From NCBI RefSeq assembly GCF_009914755.1, contig NC_060930.1: DNA of 64,000 nt; one strand, 5' to 3'. Made by a program: the position numbers and the translations under genes. Source of the DNA: the human T2T-CHM13v2.0 reference genome, Homo sapiens. The notes beneath the pieces were generated by a model that saw nothing but the letters and a program-made list of their open reading frames with translations, was not told the DNA's origin and did not search any database. This document shows positions 29,255 through 46,144 of this stretch, in pieces (position 1 is the stretch's first letter; the number at the start of each line of letters is the position of its first letter).

Positions 29255-29390
29255 CCTTGTCCCGCCCCTTTCTTCTCCTCACTGTCTCCAGCACAACGGC
29301 CACTGTTAGACTGGAAAGCAAATCTAGCTTTGTGATTGGCTCATGGTCCTGTCAATCTCGATCTGAACTGTGTTGCTAGGTGAAGATTCC
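29255..29390 (-). promoter_or_regulatory. PGK2 proximal promoter: GC box, CCAAT box, PBX/PREP-like element, no TATA box
   Basis: Read on the minus strand: GGGGCGGG (29261-29268), GCCAATCA (CCAAT at 29335-29339) and AGATTGACAG (29349-29358; 9/10 match to the PBX-PREP decamer TGATTGACAG). This matches the known TATA-less CAAT/GC-box layout of PGK2. Confidence 0.8.
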
Positions 29391-30279
29391 AACTTCCTGG
29401 GCAGAGGGTCATGTAGTGGAATAGAGCTGTACCTGGCTTCAGGCGAGACTTGGGTAGGTGAAGAAACCCCAGAATAAGAATGGTTCTAAAAAAACAAGAA
29501 TAGTCCTGAGGTGTGCGCCGCCTTCTGGCTCTTTTTGCCCCCACCCCACAGCTCGGTTAACAGTTGCTTTTATTATTAAAAACAAAACAAAAAGAACTCC
29601 ACCCCCACCCCCGCAAACCTACATACACCTCATTCATGTCAAATCTTAACCATTTTGATATGTAAAAACCTCTGCAGTGCCAAATAAAAGGAATATTTGA
29701 AATAATGATTTTCATATGAAACCTTGCTTATTCAAGTCAGGATAGTATAGTTCTGTTTTTTCCTTGTCTTGATAAATATTTCTTTGAGGATGTGGCTTGT
29801 TGTTAGTCTTCATCTTTAGATCTATTCTGGGACGTGGTGGGAATGCTGTCATATTTTCATTACTTTGCTTCTTCCATTTTCAGACTACCATGAAAGAATG
29901 TTTGGTCACTTCTGCAGGAGAATCCCATAAGATCATAGCAAAGAGAGTATCAGTAACAAGTGCTGAAAGTAATGGTGACATTTCTTTCAGACTACAATGT
30001 TATGATGAGGCTCCTTATTTTTTGTCTCCTCTCTGTTTGCTTTCCTACCTGTACAACTTAGAAATTGAGCTGAAAAATAAATGCATGGTTTTCATGAAGA
30101 TGAAAACATATATTAGAATTGAAAGTGAGTAAGATATTCTATTTTTGGAGAAAGCAAATGTATGTGGCTAGTTGGTTTAGTAATGAAAATTGGCTTTACA
30201 GTTTTTTTCATTCTACTCCATAAGTTGAGTGAACTAAATATGTAAAATGAAGGCTTTGACAGAAATATATTTGAGGCAT

Positions 30280-31565
30280 CTCCTATTAAGATGGCTAAAA
30301 TAAAAAATAAAAACAAGTGTTGAGAAAGAAGTGGACAAATTGGAATCCTCATTTATTGCTGATAGGAATGTCTAATGGTGCAGCCACTTTAAAAAACAGT
30401 TTATCGGTTCCTCAATGTTGAACATCGAGTCAACAGCATTTAAAAGCAAACTTAAATGGTGTTAAAATATATAGTAACAGAAACTCTCATTTGTTGCTCC
30501 CAGGAATGAAATATGCTACAGACATTTTGGGAAACAGCTTGGCAATTTCTTAGAAATATGCATAGACTTACCATACAAGTCATCAATCCTATTTCTAGAT
30601 ATTCATCCAAGGACATCAAAAACCTGTATTCTCTCAAACTTCTGTAAACAAACGTTTAGAGCAGTTTTATTAATAATTACCAAAATTGTATATTCTTCAA
30701 GTAATAAATAAATAAACTGTGATATATCCATGCAATGGAATATTATTTTTTAAAAAAAGAAAAGAAACAAGCTATTTACTTACACAAAAGCCCTGGATAA
30801 AACTTAAATGTGCCTTACTAACTGAAAGACGCCAGGCAAAAAAATTTTGTAGTTATTGTATAATTCCATTTGTATGACATTTGATAAAAGGCAAAACTAT
30901 AGGGATGGAAAACATATCAGTGGTTGCTACAGGTTAAGAGAGCGTGGTCAACTATAATGGGGATACACAGGAGGATTTTTAGTGTGGTAAACTTTTCTAT
31001 GAGGTACTGGAGTGGTGGATACAACATTCTATGCACTTGTCAAAATTCATAGAATCGTACGTTGTAGAGAGTAAACTTTAATGAATGCAAATAAAAAATA
31101 TGATCCAGAGTGTTAGGGAATCGTATTATATAATGTAGCCTCTGACAGATAAGCCTAACTGTATCGTAATATATAGGAAATTTTACTACATGTGATGTGG
31201 AAATTTTACTACAGGTGATGTGGACAAAAAAAGGAAATGACTTAAGTAACTTTGCAAAAGAGGTTTTCAGTTTGTAAAACTAAAGACAAAAACAGCTGTC
31301 CATAAATATAATACTCTAGTTGGTAAGTTTGAATATCACAAGCTTATAGGTGAATAATTCTTAAACTATTTGTGTTATTAGAGATAAACAAATAATGGAA
31401 GATAATTAAAAGTTTCTCACCGTCAGGAAAATAAATTACAAATAAGCAAGGGCAGAATGAACTCTGTGGTGCTGGATTAAGAGTCTGAGATATCGGTATG
31501 AACTCATATTAAGTTCAATATACACATAGGTTGATATGGAAAATAATTACAGATATATGTGTATA
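30280..31565 (+). mobile_element. Old L1M (L1MC/L1MD-like) 3' fragments
   Basis: atggtgcagccact, caatggaatatta, aaggcaaaactatagggatggaaaac motifs. Confidence 0.65.
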
Positions 31566-31569
31566 AATA

Positions 31570-32162
31570 TGTGTTAATTTTCTCTTGCTACTGAAGCAAG
31601 TTGTCACAAATTTAGCTACTTGAAATAACACAATTTTGTGTTCAAAAACAATTCTGTAGGTCAGAGATTCAGGTTGGCTCTGCTGGTTTCTTGCTCTGGA
31701 TTTCATAAAGTTTTGATGGCTGGGTTTTCATTACAAGGCTCTAGGAAGAATTTACCTCTAAGCTCATTTAGGCTTTTGGCAGGATTCAGTTCCTTGCAAT
31801 TATAGGACTGAGCTACCTGCTTTTGGCTGGCTGTTAATAAACCCCTAAAGGCCCTCTCAGGTTTGTAGGTTCCTGTATCTGAGAGCCAGCAATGATGCAT
31901 TGAATTCTTCTTACAATTGGAATCTCTCTGATTTTCATTTCTACTCCATCTGTTTTCCACTTTCATCCAGAGAAAATTCTCTGCTGTTAAGGACTCATTT
32001 GATTAAGTTGGGCCAAACTAGATAATACAGGATAAACTCCCTAATTAAATACTGTGATATAATTATATCTGCAAAGTCTCTTTTGTCATGTAGCATCAGT
32101 ATTTACAAGTTCTGGGGAATAGGACATGGACATCTTTGGTGGGCCGTTATTCTGCCTACTCA
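31570..32162 (-). mobile_element. MLT1D/E-like LTR
   Basis: cacaaatttag...ttctgtaggtcaga...attcagttccttgca...ttattctgcctac. Confidence 0.7.
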
Positions 32163-33253
32163 AACAGGATTTTGATAAACGCAAATATTTTCAAGCTCTG
32201 TTCGTAAGAGGGCAGAGAAGCAGTGACTTATAAATAAATAAGTGGGGGTGGGGGAAAGGACAAAACTTCTCTACAGAGGAATTCCAAATAATGTATGTAG
32301 ACACATTCCTCTACTAGAGGTGGAGCTTAATGGACTGTTTGAATGTAGTGATAAATAGATTCTGAGTATTCAAATTACTATTCACCATGATTTACAAATA
32401 CTAGATTTGAAAGACCCAAAAGGAAAATATACTCTTCTGTTTTGGCACCTTTCTGTAAAGAAGATTTGCAGTGTGCTCTGCACTGAGCTAAACCACAAGG
32501 GCATTTTGTCACCACTTCCCCAAGATCTGTCTTCATGTAACAGCATCAAGCTCTGAGGACCTTGTCTTTCAAAATTAAAATCCTGTTACCACGTATCATC
32601 CCACATAGAGGCTGAAATGTCTTCTTGACTAAATCCAGTTTTCATCTATGTTCACAGTATCAATGTCTCTACGTTCTCCTGTTCTTGGACAGGTTTTCCA
32701 GGTTTTCTTTATGCAAATGTCCTCTGTTTCTCTCCAGGTCTTTTAAGGGCTGCTTACTTAGCTACTAGTATTTGCTCATGGTGGTGACTGATTAAAGTCT
32801 ATGATGGAAAGATTTCATTATAGGTTATCCATTTTCTTTGAAAATTGAAACATGTTATGGATATAATCTATTATTCTTTCTATTAGGAAGCCTGTGAAAT
32901 ATTTGGGGCAGTTTACCTTCAATTCACCTTTCCATTGACAATGATTGTAAAATATGCAAATATATATTCCATACGTTATGCAGAGTTCTGGGTGCTGAAA
33001 TGACTAATAATCTATAGGTATGTATATTCTCATGTACATATTGTGTCATTTTAGTCACTAATTTTTAATATTTCGAAACACACCAATCCTTCTTTTAACA
33101 ATTTAAAAACAATTTTTAAATTGTTTATGAATTTGTAAATGTCCCTATTAATAATAGCAGCAAACTTCAATTTATGCATTTGAAAATGTTTCCATGAGTT
33201 TTTGGGATCATTGTAAAAGGTAGACTAAGGTGGCTGTATGGTGCTATCTCTCC

Positions 33254-33294
33254 CTTTCAATGGCGAAAACCGCTACTCTTGCGTCAACCTAATA
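33254..33294. mobile_element. MADE1 half (single TIR)
   Basis: ctttcaatggcgaaaaccgc...caacctaata corresponds to the right half of MADE1. Confidence 0.65.
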
Positions 33295-33669
33295 TATAAC
33301 TTTTTACACAGTGCAGAATTAGTTTGAAAACAACATAATAATTCACACGATAACATTATGTATGAATTAGCCAATGCATTTCTTTTAAAGTATACTTTTT
33401 TGCATTTGTTCCTCCATCTACTTATCTATTCTTCTTTTTTTTCTTTATTATTATTATTATTATTATTATACTTTAAGTTTTAGGGTACATGTGCACAATG
33501 TGCAGGTTAGTTACATATGTATACATATGCTATGCTGGTGCACTGCACCCACTAACTCGTCATCTAGCATTAGGTATATCTCCCAATGCTATCCCTCCCC
33601 CCTGCCCCCACCCCACAACAGTCTCCAGAGTGTGATGTTCCCCTTCCTGTGTTCATGTGTTCTCATTGT

Positions 33670-37505
<3,836 letters not shown>

Positions 37506-37553
37506 TTATTTTGCTCGTTAGTTGATGTAGTTTCTTCCTAGTCTCGATGGTCT

Positions 37554-38570
37554 TTACATTTTGGCATGATTTTGTAGTGGCTGGTACCAGTTGTTCCTTT
37601 CCATGTTTAGCGCTTCCTTCAGGAGCTCTTTTAGGGCAGGCCTGGTGGTGACAAAATCTCTCAGCATTTGCTTGTCTGTAAAGTATTTTATTTCTCCTTC
37701 ACTTATGAAGCTTAGTTTGGCTGGATATGAAATTCTGGGTTGAAAATTCTTTTCTTTAAGAATGTTGAATATTGGCCCCCACTCTCTTCTGGCTTGGAGA
37801 GTTTCTGCTGAGAGATCTGCTGTTAGTCTGATGGGCTTCCCTTTGAGGGTAACCTGACCTTTCTCTCTGGCTGCCCTTAACTTTTTTTCCTTCATTTCAA
37901 CTTTGGTGAATCTGACAATTATGTGTCTTGATGTCGCTCTTCTCGAGGAGTATCTTTGTGGCGTTCTCTGTATTTCCTGAATCTGAATGTTGGCCTGCCT
38001 TGCTAGATTGGGGAAGTTCTCCTGGATAATATCCTGCAGAGTGTTTTCCAGCTTGGTTCCATTCTCCACGTCACTTTCAGGTACACCAATCAGATGTAGA
38101 TTTGGTCTTTTCACATAGTCCCATATTTCTTGGAGGCTTTGCTTGTTTCTTTTTATTCTTTTTTCTCTAAACTTCCTTTCTCGCTTCATTTCATTCATTT
38201 CATCTTCCATCGCTGATACCCTTTCTTCCAGTTGATCGCATCGGCTCCTGAGGCTTCTGCATTCTTCACGTAGTTCTCGAGCCTTAGTTTTCAGCTCCAT
38301 CAGCTCCTTTAAGCACTTCTCTGTATTGGTTATTCTAGTTATACATTCTTCTAAATTTTTTTCAAAGTTTTCAGCTTCTTTGCCTTTGGTTTGAATGTCC
38401 TCCCGTAGCTCGGAGTAATTTGATCGTCTGAAGCCTTCTTCTCTCAGCTCGTCAAAGTCATTCTCCGTCCAGCTTTGTTCCGTTGCTGGTGAGGAACTGC
38501 ATTCCTTTGGAGGAGGAGAGGCGCTCTGCTTTTTAGAGTTTCCAGTTTTTCTGCTCTGCTTTTTCCCCAT
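37554..38570 (-). CDS. L1 ORF1p (338 aa, open)
   Basis: Full-length ORF with coiled coil, RRM and CTD motifs (REKG, ARR, YPAKLS). Confidence 0.95.
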   Translation of the reverse strand: MGKKQSRKTGNSKKQSASPPPKECSSSPATEQSWTENDFDELREEGFRRSNYSELREDIQTKGKEAENFEKNLEECITRITNTEKCLKELMELKTKARELREECRSLRSRCDQLEERVSAMEDEMNEMKRERKFREKRIKRNKQSLQEIWDYVKRPNLHLIGVPESDVENGTKLENTLQDIIQENFPNLARQANIQIQEIQRTPQRYSSRRATSRHIIVRFTKVEMKEKKLRAAREKGQVTLKGKPIRLTADLSAETLQARREWGPIFNILKEKNFQPRISYPAKLSFISEGEIKYFTDKQMLRDFVTTRPALKELLKEALNMERNNWYQPLQNHAKM

Positions 38571-39026
38571 CTTTGTGGTTTTATCTACTTTTGGTCTTTG
38601 ATGATGGTGATGTACAGATGGGTTTTTGGTGTGGATGTCCTTTCTGTTTGTTAGTTTTCTTTCTAACAGACAGGACCCTCAGCTGCAGGTCTGTTGGAGT
38701 ACTGGGCCATGTGAGGTGTCAGTCTGCCCCTGCTGGGGGGTGCCTCCCAGTTAGGCTGCTTGAGGGTCAGGGGTCAGGGACCCACTTGAGGAGGCAGTCT
38801 GCCCATTCTCAGATCTCCAGCTGCGTGCTGGGAGAACCACTGCTCTCTTCAAAGCTGTCAGACAGGGACATTTAAGTCTGCAGAGGTTACTGCTGTCTTT
38901 TTGTTTGTCTGTGCCCTGCCTCCAGAGGTGGAGCCTACAGAGGCAGGCAGGCCTCCTTGAGCTGTGGTGGGCTCCACCCAGTTGGAGCTTCCCCGGCTGC
39001 TTTGTTTACCTGAGCAAGCCTGGGCA

Positions 39027-39494
39027 ATGGCAGGCGCCCCTCCCCCAGCCTCGCTGCCACCTTGCAGTTTGATCTCAGACTGCTGTGCTAGCAATCAGCG
39101 AGACTCTGTGGGCGTAGGACCCTCCGAGCCAGGTGCAGGATATAACCTCCTGGTGGGCCGTTTTTTAAGCCTGTCAGAAAAGCGCAGTATTCGGGTGGGA
39201 GTGACCCGATTTTCCAGGTGCCGTCTGTCACCACTTCCTTTGACTAAGAAAGGGAACTCCCTGACCCCTTACGCTTCCCGAGTGAGGCAGTGCCTCACTC
39301 TGCTTCAGCTCGCGCACGGGTGCACACACCCACTGACCTGCGCCCACTGTCTGGCACTCCCTAGTGAGATGAACCTGGTACCTCAGATGGAAATGCAGAA
39401 ATCACCCGTCTTCTGCGTCGCTCATGCTGGGAGCTGTAGACCGGAGCTGGTCCTATTTGGCCATCTTGGCTCCTCCCCTTATCTATTCTTCTAA
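39027..39494 (+). CDS. L1 ORF0 (antisense 5'UTR ORF), C-terminally extended to 155 aa
   Basis: ATG at 39027 begins MAGAPPPASLPPCSLISDCCASNQRDSVGVGPSEPG, the ORF0 N-terminus. The frame stays open to TAA at 39492-39494. Confidence 0.65.
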   Translation: MAGAPPPASLPPCSLISDCCASNQRDSVGVGPSEPGAGYNLLVGRFLSLSEKRSIRVGVTRFSRCRLSPLPLTKKGNSLTPYASRVRQCLTLLQLAHGCTHPLTCAHCLALPSEMNLVPQMEMQKSPVFCVAHAGSCRPELVLFGHLGSSPYLFF

Positions 39495-41186
39495 CATAGT
39501 TCTGTTGCATAAATTTTAAGCAAATTTTACTCTCTTTATATTTTGTTTTTATAATCTAATTTTTTAGAAGATAAAAGGAATCATGGAAATATGGCTAAAA
39601 TTAAATAGCTAAGTTACCCAATCACAAATAGGTGATTTTTAGGACTTTTGTGTATTGAATTCCTACAGATCTCTGTTACTGATTATTAATTGATGTAGGC
39701 ACTGAATAGGACAAACTCAATGTGACGTCTAAGATAAGAATTTTAATGTTATTACAATAAAGTTAATGAGACATAAGTTCTAAAAATATATATAATAATG
39801 TATATAATAATACAAATCATTACCAGTTCAAACTAATCCTAGGGGAGGATTGATGTATTGCTAAGATTAGGTTTTATTTTCCTTAGGGAGTCCAAATTAG
39901 ATCAGTAGATGCAGTCATCCTGAACAAGAAAATTGTGTTATAAAAGTTATAATTTAAAAGGGTGTTTCAAGAGGGAACATTTTAATTAAAATTTTAATAA
40001 AAGAGATTGGAAGCTAGAGAGTTTAATTCACACTGATACGTTATTTTAGAGTTATTTTTAACTAATGAATAACCTGTGATTATTTTTCTAAAGACATTCC
40101 AAAAACTTTTCAATTTAGTTTTAAATATATTTTATTATTCTAAAATAATGAATTACTTCGTTAAAACCAAAACAATTTTAAGTATCAGCTTGTCTTCTAA
40201 TACTGAAACTCAGGACATTCACATTACTATATGTTTTTTTCTATTACCCCCTAGCTCAAAAATTTCTGTAGAAAATAGAAGTATGGGATGCCTCTTGAGA
40301 AATGAATGGTCCATTGAATTTTAATAAAAGATATCTTTTTATTTATTAAGGCTACTACTTAATCATAGTTATGACCTATCTAATTGTGGCTTGCATTATG
40401 CAAAGCATATTTATAATTTAAATAATTATATTAGTTGGTTAACTTTTGATACAGTCAAAATATTTGCCTGATACTATTTATTGGAGTTTCATCTATTATA
40501 ACATATTGATGATAACACTGTGATCGAGAAAGGGTATAGGTGGAAAAGGAGACAGCTGTAGTTTGCATAAGCTCTAAGCTAAAAGAAAGACAAATGATAA
40601 AAATGTGTCTTTGTATCTCCAACATTAACTAGGGGAATTGGGACAGTTACCGGATAAATTCAGTATAGGCGACAAGAATAATTGACAAACTAGCTTAATG
40701 GAAATATTTGGAAGAATATATACATTCCAAAAATATGGCCAGACATCACTGACTTCTGTATAAGATGAAGACCTGTAAAATAGATTCTAGTTCTCAGTCT
40801 CTTACCTAGTTTTGGAGATTCCGATGTGAGACAGGGAATTATATGGAGCTCCTTTTAGCAACCACCAAAACCTATGGGAGGCCCATGGGAGCCTAAGGTT
40901 TTTGAATTCTTGCATTCCTGGGAGGCAGAAAGTGGCCTTCAGTGGAAGTCCACAAACCAAGAAGAGAGATTGAGTTGCTGTAGAGGATATTTGTTGCACT
41001 GTTTCTCCCTCCACTGTATGCACTTGAAATCAAGCCTATCCATGAGTGTGATCAGGATGGAGTTAATTGGAGCAGCAGTTGGAAAGGGTATGTCTTGTGA
41101 ACTTTGATGGGCTAAGTCCTGGGCAGTCTTAAAATTTTGATGTTATAATTCAGTAAAATAAAGTGTCAAGAAAAAAGGAAAAAAGA

Positions 41187-41310
41187 AAAAAAGTGAAAAG
41201 ACAAATAAAAGAGAAAAAAGAGAAAGAAACTAAAAAAGTGAAAAGACAAAATTGAAGAAAGAGAAACTAAAAAAGGGAAAAGACAAATAAAAGAGATGAA
41301 AGAGAAAGAA
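41187..41310. repeat. Purine-rich minisatellite, three units of about 40-45 bp
   Basis: aaaaaag(t/g)gaaaagacaaa...agagaaa repeated three times. Confidence 0.75.
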
Positions 41311-41639
41311 TCTTGGATAAAAAGCTTGAAACCAGTGCTTTGGGGACCAGTTTGAAATCTCTCTTTCTTTTATTGTTCCAATTGTAGAGTTCTACAGAGG
41401 CGATACTGGAGCCAGGCTGGGGTGAAGCCCCAAGAACAATAATTATGCTTAGGTCTGGCAGGCTCTAGCTCTCAGCTGATAATCTAGGAAAGAAGCTATT
41501 GAAGTAGACATACTGTAATATTTCCTGGAGGACAGACAATATCTGCTGGAAGTGGGAACAGGGAGCAGGAAATCATGCACTATATCATAAGAGGCTCTTT
41601 CAATGTATATTTTCCTCCAATTTCAATACACACACATAA

Positions 41640-42960
41640 ATTTAGTTAGCACTTGAGGCTTGGCTTACCCTGCAGATTGGTAATAAAGACAATAAAGGTA
41701 TTTATAAGGAGAAAAATTCAACATGTCTGAGGAGCTTCAGCATTATGAGTGAAAGCTAACCGATAACAAAATATATCTAAGGAAGCAAAATTCATAGCTT
41801 AACACAAGATTTAAATAAATGAAAAAAGTCTTAAATAATTACAATGGAAATATGAAGGACAATGAAGCCGTTATAAAGCATAACCACTTCAACATATTGG
41901 ATACAAAAAATGTTGAAATATGTAACTTAAATGGATAGATTGCATGGTAAAATAAAAGCTTTTAAAATAATGAATGAGTGATCAGATAATTTGTGGATTA
42001 ATTCTTGCATAACACACCAGAAAAGGGCCAAGAGAAAGTGAATGAGGACAAAGTTAAGGTGTGAGGAAATTAAAATTTGTAACAATATTAATATCAATCA
42101 CAGAGAAGGCATAAAAAGAGAAAATATATAAAATGAAGATGATTAAGGTTTTAACAAATAACATCATATAATGGAATAAAAAATCAGATCTCAGGTTCAA
42201 AGTGTTCATAACATGATATGCAGAATAGCCAATATTTGAAACAAATTCACACTCTAGAAACACTACAATACATTTTAGGAACATTAACACCGAGAACATA
42301 TAGTTTTCTTAAGTTTCCAAGATAGAAAAGCAGATCACTGCAAGGGAAAAGATTCAGATTGAGATCCCACAACAGGGTAACTATAGTCAATAACTTAATT
42401 TTACATTTTAGAATAACCATTATAAAAGAGTGTAATTGTATTGTTTGTAACACAAATGATACATGCTTGAGGGGATGGACACTCCATTCTCCATGATGTG
42501 ATTATTTCATAAATGCTTGAGGGGATGGACACTCCATTCTCCATGATGTGATTATTTCACATTGCATGCCTGTATCAAAACATCTCATGTATCCCACAAA
42601 TATACACACTTACTATGTACTGACAAAAATTAAAAATTAAAAAACTGAATTAAATACAAACATTTCCACAGTTAGCAAAAACAATTTTTAACCTAAATTT
42701 TATATCTAGCTAATGTATAATTTAAATAGGAGAGTTAATTAAAAGTAGTTCAAATCATAAAGAATATCAGAATTTTTGTCTCACTGGGAGACAAAAGAAG
42801 CTTTTTAAAAAATAAATAAAAACAAAAGACCAACTATGGGTAATTTTATTCAAATAGGAGGAAATTTAAGTGCAGAACAAATCAATAAGTTTGGAAAACT
42901 AAGCATGACTAAAAATTCTAGTAAAGTTAATTGTCCAGATAAGTAATCATCACAGTTTTT
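41640..42960 (+). mobile_element. HAL1/old L1 ORF1-like relic interrupted by an L1MA2/3 3' end (42362-42650)
   Basis: A-rich ORF1-like text (gaaaagcagatcac...attcagattg). The L1MA insert carries atgcttgaggggatgga...gtatcaaaacatctcatgta. Confidence 0.55.
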
Positions 42961-43009
42961 AGAGTATTTATTGTTGTTTTAAATCATAATTTGATTTTTA
43001 TAATATTGC

Positions 43010-43803
<794 letters not shown>

Positions 43804-44288
43804 GGCATATTTCAGACACACTTTGTTTTTTTCAAATTTTAACTTCTCTGAAATCAGGACGCGCCTGGCAATGAAGTGAGTTACAGATATGAATAGAATC
43901 TACTATTCATTCTAGTAAGAAGACATGGAAAATTTTGTTCAATTTGTCTTGGTTTCACTTTTCTGTTGGCAATATATGTAAAATATACCTTTCATTATCC
44001 TATGTACAGAATTCTGGGTGCTGAGATGACCAATAATCTATATTAATATAAGCAAATTTAATCAATTATTTTAGGAACAAAATAGACTAATCCTTTAGTA
44101 AGTATGAATACTTACTTTTAATGAAACAATTAATATCCCATTTAAAGCTATTAATGTAAAGTTTTAAAAAAAATTTGCATTCTAAAAAATTTTTATTTTT
44201 TTTTAAATTAACGCCTTAGGATTTATTTTAGATTGCCATTGATAGCTCATTAGTCTTTTTAAAGCATCATTTATTCCTTTGCTCTGTC

Positions 44289-44863
44289 TTTTTTTAAGCT
44301 TTTATTTTAGGTTCAGGAGTGCATGTGCAGGTTTGTTATATAGGTAAATTGCATGTCATGGAGTTTTGCAGTACAGATTATTTTATCACCCAGGTAATAA
44401 GCATGATGCCCAATAGGTGGCTTTTCATTCTTCACCTTCTTCCAACCCTCCACCCTTAAGTAGGCCTCAGTGTTTCTTGTTCCCTTCTTTGTTCCATGAG
44501 TACTCAATGTTTAGATCCCACTTCAAAGTGAGAGCCTGCAGTATTTGTTTTTCTGTTCCTGCATTAGTTTGCTTAGGATAATGGCCTCTAGCTCCATCCA
44601 CATTGCTATAAAGGCAGCTAGAAAGAAGGGGCAGGTCACCTACACAGGGACCTTATGCTAACAGCAGAACCTTCAGCAGAAACCCTACATGCCAGAAGAG
44701 ATTGGGAGCCTAGTCAACATTCTTAAAAAAAGAAGTTCCAACCAAGAATTTCACATCCAGACAAACTAAACTTCGTAAGCAAAGGAGAAATAAGATCCTT
44801 TTCAGACAAGAAAATGTTAAGAAAATTTGTTACCACTATATTTGCCTTACAAGAGGTCCTTAA
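44289..44863 (-). mobile_element. L1PA15/16 3' end fused to an inverted ORF1 fragment
   Basis: Minus-strand 3'UTR 44289-44614 followed by plus-strand ORF1 C-terminal text (aaggcagctagaaagaaggggcaggtcacctac...ccttacaagaggtcct). Confidence 0.75.
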
Positions 44864-44974
44864 AAATTGAAAAATAACTTCTATATGCCTGCATAATTGT
44901 CTTGCAATAGACAGGAGTCTTATTTTCCTTTTTGACTTTGTGTTTTTACAGAGCTCAAAACTTTCAGTAGGACA

Positions 44975-45313
<339 letters not shown>

Positions 45314-45779
45314 TTACTGAGTTTTCATAAAACAAATCTTTTCATTAGTCTAGGGTTAATGTTTAATTACAGTTGTAATATATCCAATAGCAGTCTCCAT
45401 AATAAAAACCATGTTTTATACTTTTTAATAATTTTATAATGTTTACATGCATAAACATTTTATGTTTTATAATTAATCATATTTAATTGATTTTCAATAT
45501 CTTTAAAGTTTTGCAGTGTAATCTACTATGTGGTTTAATCTATAATAATATGCTGAAAATAACACTGCCACAGAGAAGGGGTAGAGGCTGGAGTTGAGAG
45601 GGTTGTAGTCTGTTTCCTCCCCCTGACAGTAATCCTGGCATATGCCATGAGATTTCTGTGCTGCTGAAATACTCCATGATTGAAAGGCTGTGGTCATAAA
45701 GAGGGGAGTGGGAAATATTAGTTTGTCTCACATTTTTGAGATATGTGAGCTATGTACCATATTAATCACATTTGGATTC

Positions 45780-46144
45780 TGATATGGGTTGGCTGTGTCC
45801 CCACCCAAATCTCATCTTGCATTATAGCTCCCAAAATTCCCACATGTCATGGCAGGGATCCATTGGGAGGTAATTGAATCATGGGGTTGGTTCTTTCCCA
45901 TGTTGTTCTCGTGACAGTGAATAAGTCTCACAAGATTTGATGGTTTCATAAAGGGAAGTTCCCCTGCACAGGCTCTTTTTGCCTGCCACCATGCAAGAGG
46001 TGACTTTGCTCCTCCTTTGCCTTCCACCATGATTGTGAGGTGTCCCTGGCCATGTGGAACTTTGAGCCATTTAAACCTCTTTCCTTTATAAATTACCCAG
46101 TCTCGGGTATGTCTTTATTAGCAGTGTGAGAACACACTAATACA
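45780..46144 (+). mobile_element. THE1B-like solo LTR
   Basis: tgatatgggttggctgtgtccccacccaaatctcatcttg...actaataca. Confidence 0.9.

Noticed and set aside
29390-29800. 5' target-site duplication of the PGK2 retroposition
   Set aside because: No convincing direct repeat pairs with the sequence beyond the poly(A) remnant; the event is too old to call by eye.
41187-41310. Repeat-spacer-like pattern
   Set aside because: Low-complexity purine minisatellite in mammalian DNA, not a CRISPR array.
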